Source: an uncultured Gemmatimonadales bacterium
GTDB taxonomy: Bacteria; Gemmatimonadota; Gemmatimonadetes; Longimicrobiales; RSA9
Direction of reading: 5' to 3'
Assembly: GCA_963783305.1 (NCBI GenBank)
Contig: CAWAMW010000004.1
Span: forward strand, 1-17,255
Length of the DNA: 17,255 nt
Part shown: positions 1-7,442 of the stretch, in pieces
Position numbering within the stretch: position 1 is the stretch's first letter
How the letters are laid out: every line of letters starts with the position of its first letter
The notes under the pieces: model-generated
The model's input: the letters and a program-made list of their open reading frames with translations, nothing else
What the model was told of the DNA's origin: nothing
Databases searched by the model: none
Position numbers and translations under genes: made by a program

Positions 1-2
1 TC

Positions 3-1193
3 GGCAGCAATGCCATCATCAGCACCAGCGGCGGTATGGTCGACCTGATTGCCGGTCAGAACATGGACGTCGGCTACGTCATGGTCTCCGGTCCCGTCGG
101 CGGTGAGCTGACCATCACGTACGTGATCGACGAACCCGGCTGGTGCCTCACCGAGACCCATTTCGCGGTGGTCGACGACTTCGAAGACTTCCAGACCGAG
201 GGGTACCTGAACAAGAAGGGCAACCCGAAGGTCGGACAGTTCCCCTACGGCGACAATGACATCGCCTGTCTGACGGAGTGGTCCGAAACCGTCCCCGCCC
301 CCCCGGCGCCGGACGGCGAGTGGATGATCGCCGCCCACGCGGTGGTCGAGAGTGGCGGCGCCGGGAGCGGCGACTTCCTCCTCTACGGCGTGAAGGATGG
401 CGTCAACTCCAATGGCCTGTCAGACGGCGACATCTACTCCTTCAACCCCGTCACGGGCGTGGTCACCCTGCTGCAGAGCGTGACCGACCCCTCGACTGAC
501 GTCTTCTCCCCCAACGGCCTCGCGCTGCACGCGGCCAGCGACCGCCTCTACTTCAGTGTGCAGGACGGTGCCGGGACCGACATCTACTATTACGACCTCG
601 GCGCGGGCGGCGCTCCCGTGTACGCCGGCCACCTGGCGCAGTCGCCCATCTACAACGCGTCCATCATGGGGGACTCGTACTACTACATCCAGAACATGAG
701 CACCACGCTCAGGGTGGCGCCCATCAACGCCGACGGGACCATGGGGGCGAGCAGCGTGGCCTGTGAGCTCACCAACGCTCCCGGCCGGATCCAGTTCGGC
801 GACATCGCCGTGAGCCCCAATGGGATCGTGTACGGGAGCGGGAAGGTCTTTGGTATCACCCAGTTCTTCGTGGTCGACCTGGGCGACTGCAGCAACACCT
901 TCATCGACAAGTCCCTGGACTACAACTTCATGCTCCAGGTGGCACTGGGGCCGGACGGCACCCTGTACGGCCAGCAGGCGCTGAGCGCCGCCGGCGACTC
1001 CCCGGGCACCTGGTGGATCGTGGACCCGGCGAATGGCGACCTGCTCCTGCAGCTGGCCGACCTGGACGTGTCCTTCACCGACATCTCCGCCGGCATGACC
1101 CTCCCCGGCGAGATGAGGGAAGAGACCGCCTGGGGCGCCGGGTCGGGGTTCGGCGCCGGCAACTGGGCAATGTACTTCTCGTACGCACCATAA
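3..1193 (+). CDS. Hypothetical, probably extracellular protein, 5'-truncated by the window edge: a conserved LIAGQ...GNP..GQFPY...IAAHAVV...ETAW..G..F...NWAMYF domain interrupted by a beta-propeller-like insert
   Basis: The frame is open from position 3 (GSNAIISTSGG) through ATG 36 to TAA 1191-1193, with strong GC3 bias. The central part has blade-like segments (GDIYSFNPVTG, PNGLALH..SDRLYF, GDIAVSPNGIVYG, VALGPDGTLYG). Confidence 0.8.
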   Translation, partial: GSNAIISTSGGMVDLIAGQNMDVGYVMVSGPVGGELTITYVIDEPGWCLTETHFAVVDDFEDFQTEGYLNKKGNPKVGQFPYGDNDIACLTEWSETVPAPPAPDGEWMIAAHAVVESGGAGSGDFLLYGVKDGVNSNGLSDGDIYSFNPVTGVVTLLQSVTDPSTDVFSPNGLALHAASDRLYFSVQDGAGTDIYYYDLGAGGAPVYAGHLAQSPIYNASIMGDSYYYIQNMSTTLRVAPINADGTMGASSVACELTNAPGRIQFGDIAVSPNGIVYGSGKVFGITQFFVVDLGDCSNTFIDKSLDYNFMLQVALGPDGTLYGQQALSAAGDSPGTWWIVDPANGDLLLQLADLDVSFTDISAGMTLPGEMREETAWGAGSGFGAGNWAMYFSYAP

Positions 1194-1240
1194 GCCCTGA
1201 CGGGCCACGGCCACCGCTGGTTCTGGCCGATGACGCACTA

Positions 1241-1276
1241 GGAGGGGGTGGCGAAAGCCGCCCCCTCCCTGCGTTT
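1241..1276 (+). terminator. Probable intrinsic terminator hairpin after the first gene
   Basis: GGAGGGGGTGGC-GAAA-GCCGCCCCCTCC (1241-1268) forms a 12-bp stem with one G-U pair and a GNRA loop, about 48 nt after the stop. The U-tract is weak (CTGCGTTT). Confidence 0.65.
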
Positions 1277-1394
1277 ACGGCCGTAAGCGCGGCGGCCGAT
1301 CCCCGCGGACGGACGCTGGCGTTCTGGCGTAAAATGGGAATCTGACGGTATTCTCGAACAGAATGACCCACGTCCTCCCCTGCGAAAATCGATC

Positions 1395-2201
1395 GTGTCC
1401 AGCGTTGTGAAGCGAGCCGCCCTCTACTCCCTGCGCCGCGTGCGCAGGCGCGATCCCCGGGCTCTCTACTGGTGGCGACCCGAACGCTTCAGGAACGCCG
1501 GGGACGAGGTCGGGCCGTTTCTGTTCAGGGCTCTGACAGGAGAGGACCCGGTCCATCGACAGCCGAGCAACCGGTCGTGGCGGACCGTGATGCTCTCGGC
1601 GGGGAGCATCCTGGTCTACGCGCGGGAAGACAGCGTCATATGGGGCAGCGGAATCATGAGCAGGTCCCATCCCGTGGCCCGCCCCCAGGAGGTCCGGGCC
1701 GTCCGTGGGCCGCTGTCCCGCCGACGGCTCCTCGAGCACGGGTATGACTGCCCGGAGGTCTACGGCGATCCGGCGCTCCTCCTGCCGCTCTTCGTGGCGA
1801 TGCCCCCGACCCCGCAGGGCGGGATCGGCTTCGTCCCTCACTACAAGGACCTGCCGGAGACCCGGCGCTGGTTCAGTCGGTCGGAAGAGGTGAAGGTCAT
1901 CGATATCACCGCGCCCCTTCCCGTTGTGTTGCGGGAGGTGGCCGGCTGTGACGTCATCGTCGCCAGCTCACTGCACGGGATCATCTTCGCCCACGCCTAC
2001 GGTGTGCCCGCGGCAAGGGTGGAGACCATGAAAGACCCGGGCGGGGACGGCGTGAAGTACCACGACTACTATCAGAGCGTGGACCTGGAGCACCAGGTGG
2101 GAGCAGGGGACACGGCCGACCGGGTAGCGAGGCGCGGCGCGGCGGGCGCAGCGCACCTGACCAGGAGATCCTGCGGGGGCTGCAGCGAGGTCCTGTTGTG
2201 A
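1395..2201 (+). CDS. Polysaccharide pyruvyl transferase family protein (ExoV/GumL-like)
   Basis: Motifs NAGD, AGSIL, IWGSG, AVRGPLSR, VYGDPALLLP, IGFVPHY, ASSLHGIIFAHAYGVPA and GDGVKYHDYY. The extreme C-terminus looks out of frame, so the end is approximate. Confidence 0.88.
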   Translation: MSSVVKRAALYSLRRVRRRDPRALYWWRPERFRNAGDEVGPFLFRALTGEDPVHRQPSNRSWRTVMLSAGSILVYAREDSVIWGSGIMSRSHPVARPQEVRAVRGPLSRRRLLEHGYDCPEVYGDPALLLPLFVAMPPTPQGGIGFVPHYKDLPETRRWFSRSEEVKVIDITAPLPVVLREVAGCDVIVASSLHGIIFAHAYGVPAARVETMKDPGGDGVKYHDYYQSVDLEHQVGAGDTADRVARRGAAGAAHLTRRSCGGCSEVLL

Positions 2202-2239
2202 TGACTCCTGCCCGTTCCCCGTCCGCTCCCCGGAGTGAC

Positions 2240-3214
2240 ATGCCAGACCCGGTGGACTCACCCCTCGTGACCGTGATCATCCCCGCCTTCAACGCCGAGG
2301 ACTTCATCGAGGAGGCGGTGTCGAGCGTCCTCGCCCAACGCGTCCGTGACCTGGAAGTGTTCGTCGTCGACGACGGCTCCACCGATCGAACGGCCGAGAT
2401 CGCGGGCTCGTTCACCGACCCTCGCGTCCGCGTGATTCGAAAACCCAACGGCGGCGTAAGCTCCGCACGGAACGTGGGGCTTAGGAATGCCCACGGAGCC
2501 GGTACATAGCGTTCCTGGATGCGGACGATCGGTGGCGGCCGCGAGATGCTCGAACGCACGCTCTCGGTGCTGGAGTCTCACGAGGAGGTGATCGCCGTCT
2601 TCACGAACTTCGTTCGATTCAGACAGGACGGCGCCCTCCTCTCGGAGCAGTTCCCGTTCTACAGGGAGCTGCCCGAGGTGTCTACCCGGCCCGCGGATGC
2701 ATTCGGGGCTCGCATCGTAACGACTCCCGCCTTCGATACGTTCGTCCGGTTCGGCGACATCCCGGCATTCACCCAGGCCATGACCTTCCGCGCCGACGCG
2801 ATCGCCGACCTCTTCTTCGACGAGGATCTCACGCTCGGCGAGGACACCCACTTCTGCCTCCGCGCGTTCCAGCGCGGGCGCCGTGGCGTTCACTCCCGAG
2901 GTGCTGGTCGAGGTCAGGCGGCACGGTGGCAATGCCACCGCCCACTGGAATCCATCAGCGGCCAAGCTCGCCGCGCTACAGAGGATCGATACCTCCGAAC
3001 CTCGATGACCGCGAGTCGCCGCGCGCTCCGGCGGCGAATCGGGCGGGAATGGGTTAACATGGGTCGATCACGGATCGCGGACGGACATTTCGGGGCTGGA
3101 CTCAGAGCCTATGGCCGAGGATTTCGGCTCGGGTTCAGACGGGCCGCCCTTCTGCGCGCCGCAATAGCGCCATTGCAGATCGTGCGATCGGCGGTCCTGC
3201 GCATGATCCGTTGA
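2240..3214 (+). CDS. GT2 (GT-A) glycosyltransferase, frameshifted in this sequence
   Basis: GGAG at 2232-2235 precedes ATG 2240. VTVIIPAFNAE, VVDDGSTD and NGGVSSARNVG are in frame 1. YIAFLDADDRW lies in another frame at about 2503-2535, LGEDTHF in the 2519 ORF, and AFTPEVLVEVRRHGGN in a shifted frame after about 2880. Apparent indels near 2500, 2542, 2878 and 3000. Confidence 0.85.
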
Positions 3215-3238
3215 ACACCCGTCGGCTCCGGAAGCGCG

Positions 3239-4435
3239 CTACACGGGACCGGCCTGATCCGCCGCGGCGGTCCGCCGGGTAGGCTCCCACACCGCGTGCT
3301 GGGTGCCGAAGAGGAAGCCGAGCATGGCGTGCGCCGCCGCCACGTTGCCCATCAGGGCATAGGCGGGAATTGAGACCAGCCGTGGCAGGTCCCGTCCTGC
3401 GCGGCTGAGCCACCAGCCCGCTCCGCCGATGCCCGAGAGCCAGGAGCGCGAGTCCGGCCATCACGGCGGCCCACGGGTGCCGCGGAGCCAGGACCAGGAG
3501 CGCCAGCAGGCCGCCGAGCGCCGCCCACGGCAGTGCCCACCGGGCGATCTTGTGGCTCCAGAGCATCCACGCGAAGGTCGGGTGCCGGAACGGGTTCAGA
3601 AGGTGGCGCTTGTACCACAGCGTCCGCATGCCGCGCCCCATGGTGCGTACCTTCCGGCGATACTCGGCTTTCAGCGAGCCGGCGCGGGGCACGTACGCCA
3701 CGGCCTCGGGCACGGATACGGCCCGATAGCCGTGCTCTTCGGCGTGGAGCGCGGCCGCGAAGTCGCGGCTCAGCTGCTCCGGGAGCGGGAGCCGGTGAAG
3801 GTGTGTCCGGATGCCGTAGAACGACCCGGACGCGCCGACGATCCCGTACAGGCGGGTCTCGGCGTCACGCACCGCCATCTCGTACCCGACGTATCCGGCC
3901 TCTCCCACGTTCTGCTCCGCCTCCAGCCGCGAAACACTCACATCGCGACCCGAAGCGACACCCACCTTCGGGTCCTGGAAGCGCGCCACCAGCGGCCGGA
4001 CGGCGTCGGGAGCGATGCGGATGGAGGCGTCGGTGTTGATCACGATCTCGCCATCGACGTTCCGGGCCGCCAGCGCCTCCGCCGCGGTCTTGCCGCGCCG
4101 CTCCGGCTGCCGGAGGAGCTGGACTCCACGATCCGCGTAGCCCCGCACGATCTCGTCGGTCCCGATCCGTGGACGCGTCCGAAACCACGAGGATCTGGCG
4201 TCGATCGGGAGGATAGTCGATGGCCAGCAGGGAATCCAGGGTCCGGGCGATCTCCGCCTCTTCGTTGTACGCCGGCAGGCTGAAGGAGATCCGGGGCCAG
4301 GTCTCCGGCTCCGCCGGATCCGATCGGCGACCGGGAGGCTCCGAGCAGGCGGACGAGCAGCGGATATCCCACGTACGCGTACACCGCCAGCAGCGCCGCG
4401 CCGAACAGGAGCAGGTATGCCGCCGTGTCGATCAC
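3239..4435 (-). CDS. Membrane-bound GT2 glycosyltransferase (PgaC/IcaA-like family), frameshifted in this sequence
   Basis: GTG at 4435 gives MIDTAAYLLLFGAALLAVYAYVGYPLL. Across frames: SLPAYNEE, VVSDASTD, RRGKTAA, INTDA, GASGSFYGIR, SRDF, EYRRKVR, WSHKIARW and hydrophobic helices. It ends VWEPTRRTAAADQAGPV with TAG at 3241-3239. Confidence 0.85.
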
Positions 4436-4737
4436 TGGACCCTCGCGAGGTGAGGCATCAGAAAGCTCTGCAGCGTTGAGGGAGCAGGGTGGTCCCGAGT
4501 AGACAGTCGGCCGGGGGGAGGAGTGTAATCGCGATCCGCGCCGCACGCCAGACACCGGCGCGGTCGCCGCACGCCCTCTTCACCGCTCCGGCGGGCCCTC
4601 CCTCCAGGGTGCGAAATTATTCGGCAGTGCGCGCAATAGGTATCGACATCAGCGGCGTGGAAGAGCCGCCCTGGAATGCGCGTTTGTGCGATTTCTGCCC
4701 GCCGTTCCGCCACATCCGGCGCTTCCGGCCCGTTGCG

Positions 4738-4753
4738 AGCACCTGCCTTGCCA
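4738..4753 (-). promoter_or_regulatory. Candidate sigma-54 (-24/-12) promoter facing the minus-strand GT2
   Basis: The minus strand reads TGGCAAGGCAGGTGCT: GG-N10-GC spacing and 2 mismatches to TGGCACG-N4-TTGCW. It lies about 300 nt upstream of GTG 4435. Confidence 0.3.
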
Positions 4754-4796
4754 CAGACCTGCCCCGTCAGTTGTAGACAGCCGCTGACGAAAAGCA

Positions 4797-4895
4797 GGAT
4801 CGCTGCTCAGAGCGAAGCCGACCGAAAGGCGGTGGCGCAGAGCTACGGGGCTACCGCGATACCATCGCCATGCTCGCCGGGCCGCCAGTGAATCC
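4797..4895 (+). ncRNA. GEMM-I (c-di-GMP-I class) riboswitch aptamer, A20 variant (predicted 3',3'-cGAMP / c-AMP-GMP sensing)
   Basis: P1: CGCTG 4801-4805 with CAGTG 4886-4890, extendable by GGAT/ATCC. J1/2: CTCAGA. P2: GC 4812-13 with GC 4837-38, GCCG/CGGT, CC/GG and a GAAA tetraloop at 4824-4827. A47-equivalent at 4839. P3: GCTACGG with CCGGGC, GGC with GCT, a GCTA.../ATGC receptor-like element and a distal GCGAT/ATCGC hairpin. C4836-G4876 is the tertiary pair equivalent, and the C92-equivalent is at 4885. The aptamer ends about 65 nt upstream of ATG 4961. Confidence 0.9.
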
Positions 4896-4960
4896 ACCAC
4901 CCCGTGGGGACACCAGGCGGCCGTCATAGCATTCAGCGAGAATATCAAGGAGCACGGTCG

Positions 4961-6939
4961 ATGCGGACCCCGGCGATCAAGCGAGCCAAGCAGGATCTCT
5001 TCCTTCCCCTGTCCGCCATCCTGGCGTTCTTTCTCATCCTGGGCGGCTGTGACGCCGGCTCGTTCGTCGAGCCCGAGGAGTCCGCCAGCTGGCAGATCCA
5101 GGCCAGCGCGTACTCCCACGTCTTCACCGCCCTCGAGCAGACCGAACGGTTCACCGCCTCGGCCCAGGACAAGGCGGGGAACCCGATCCCGAACGCCGTC
5201 TTCCAGTGGACCTCTTCGGATCCCGCCGTGGCGACGGTGGCCGCGGATGGCTCCGTCACCGCGGTGGGCGCGGGCGAGGCGACCATCGAGGTCACTTCGG
5301 GGTGCTGCTCCGGCTCCGACGACATCCTCATCACCGTGGCGCAGGTGCCCGTCTCCATGAGCGTCTCGCCCGCGGAGGCGGAGGTCGGCATCGGCGACAC
5401 GCTCCGGCTCGTGACCACGGCACTCGACGCGAACGGTCATCCCATCGCGGGCGCAGAGTACACCACCAGCGACTCCACGGTCGCGCTGGTGTCTTCGGAG
5501 GGAGTGCTCCAGGGCCTCGGCGAGGGCGCCGTCATCGCCTCGGCGAAGATCAAGGGCAAGGTGGCAAAGTCGAACATCAAGGTGAAGGGCGCGACGACCG
5601 AGTCGCCCACCGAGCCCACCGTGGCCGAGGTACGGGCCAGCCATGACAGCCACGTTTTCACGGCGCCCGACCAGACGCTCCAGCTCTCGGCGCAGGCGCT
5701 CGACGATTCCGGCGAAGTCGTCAGCGGTGTTAGCTTTGACTGGTCCTCGACCAACACCGTCCGTCGCCACCGTGAGCTCCACAGGTATCGTGACCGCCAT
5801 GACCGCAGGCACCGCCCGGATCGTCGTCCTCGCGCTCTGCTGCGCCGCCGCGGATACCGTCGCGTTCACCGTGGAGGCCCAGACGCTGGGGGCCGGGACC
5901 GCGACGGCCACGGCCGGTGTGGAGCAGGTCATCCTCTCCGCTACCCCACCGACCGGCGGAACCCAGCCCTACAGCTATCAGTGGCACCGCTCCCTCTCCA
6001 GCGGCTTCACGCCGGCAGCGGGGAACGCCGTGGCGGGGCTGACGGACCCGGATGACGTGGATTCCGGACTCTCCGGCGGGACGACCTACTACTACAGGCT
6101 CGTGGCCTCCGATGCGGGCGGGGCCACGGTCACGTACGCCCAGGTCGAGGCCACCGCCCAGTCAACGCACGACCGCCGGCGCGCTGCACCCGAACGAGCC
6201 GGCGGGGATGACGGTCATCACCAACGCCGATGGCTCGGTCGCGTACAACGAGCCAGGCGGTCCCGCGTTCGGTGACCCGAAGTGGAGCAACTGGTGGGGG
6301 AACAAGGGGGTGAGCAGAACGTCGAGGTGGTGGACGACCCCGCCAATCCGACTGGCAGTGGCAAAGCAGTCCGGCTTCACTGGGTGGCGAATGAGGACAA
6401 TGATGCGGGCGAGGCCGCGAAGGCACAGCTTCACTTTGGCGACGGCTACTCGACACTCTACATCGTCATGCGGGTCGTGAAGCCGATGACGTGGCCCGTG
6501 GACGAGGGCAATGCGGCGCAGCCCAACGACCTGGCGCACAAGTGGATGTACATCCTGCCGGACGGGGGCTCTCGTGGGGCAACTCGGGCATCTGGACTGG
6601 CCACAACACCCAGGATCGTTGGCATCTGAGCGAACAATGGGAGAGTCAGCACCGAGATCGGCGCGCTCTGGCCATGCGTGCTCCCAATGAAATGCTGATG
6701 GAGGTACTCTGTTCGTTGCGGAATCAGCGCCCTATGCCCACGATGCGCAGGTCACGTTCTGGCTCAATGGAGAGTTCGTCGGAACGTCCAGCGTGGAAAA
6801 CATTGTTGACCAGGGCACGACGGAGTACGAGCCGTTCATGACGCGGCTCCAGCTCTACGCCCACGCCAACATCGTACCCCATGATACCTACTACGACATC
6901 CGCGAGTTCTATGTAAGCGGGAAGGGAGCCAGGAAGTGA
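4961..6939 (+). CDS. Surface lipoprotein with three bacterial Ig-like (Big_2-type) domains, an FN3-like domain and a C-terminal beta-sandwich (lectin/polysaccharide-lyase-like) domain; frameshifted in this sequence
   Basis: AAGGAG precedes ATG 4961. The signal peptide ends in lipobox LGG-C (Cys30, 5048-5050). Big_2 motifs: WTSSDPAVATVAADGSVTAVGAGEATIEV, TTSDSTVALVSSEGVL and WSSTN-PSVATVSSTGIVTA. FN3-like motif: DSGLSGGTTYYYRLVA. The C-terminal region runs HPNEPAGM...FWLNGEFVG...YYDIREFYVSGKGARK to TGA 6937-6939. Frameshifts near 5757, 6170, 6310, 6570 and 6710-6745. Confidence 0.8.
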
Positions 6940-7354
6940 GGCGCCGACCGAGCCCCTCGCCGCAGTCGTATGGCATCCATCGAAGCCTACAACGCGGTTA
7001 TCGCGCCGAACCCAGTATCCGGCGCCAACGCGCTTCAGAGCCGCTGTGCTGATGACGCCTTCTTGGACCACGCCTTCTTCTCGGGCAGCGTTGGCTCAAT
7101 TGCGTCAGCTCGCTGGCGGGGCCGCAGAGGTACCAGTACCTTTCGCAAGGGGGTCGCTATCGCGCAAACCGGATCTGCTCGTCGAGTGACTTCGCGATTC
7201 GGCGGTTGCTTAAGCGAAAGTTCAGTATCTGACGGGCGGCTGTGCCCGGATCACCTCCGGCCACCACCCATTAACGAGTAACGACGAGAGGAACTGTCCG
7301 CCGCATGCCGTGGCCAGTGAGTTCTCTATCAGCCGCCGATCCGGCCGACGGCTA

Positions 7355-7392
7355 CCTCACCCCCCCGAACTGAAGGACGGGGGGGTGCGAGG
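7355..7392 (+). other. GC-homopolymer stem-loop in the leader of the first CapK-like gene
   Basis: CACCCCCCCG (7358-7367) and CGGGGGGGTG (7378-7387) form a perfect 10-bp stem with a 10-nt loop, about 45 nt upstream of the SD. There is no U-tract. Confidence 0.45.
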
Positions 7393-7442
7393 CCAACCTG
7401 CTAATCGCTCGGGACGCGGGCGCTTGCGTTTCCAGGAGGTAG

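Noticed and set aside
4904..4960. Upstream GTG start for the lipoprotein ORF
   Set aside because: ATG 4961 has an AAGGAG SD and gives a normal 30-residue lipoprotein signal. The upstream stretch is the riboswitch expression platform.
4649..5932. 427-aa minus-strand ORF and similar long antisense ORFs (420-1238, 3429-4283, 2258-2965)
   Set aside because: They overlap motif-supported genes on the opposite strand and have Arg/Gly/Pro-rich, motif-free translations.
7125..7210. Possible second, degenerate GEMM aptamer (GNRA hairpin followed by GCGCAAACC...GGTTGC)
   Set aside because: P2/P3 spacing and P1 cannot be built consistently, and key junction nucleotides are missing.
6970..7281. 103-aa ORF in the intergenic region
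   Set aside because: No SD, no GC3 bias and no recognisable motif.
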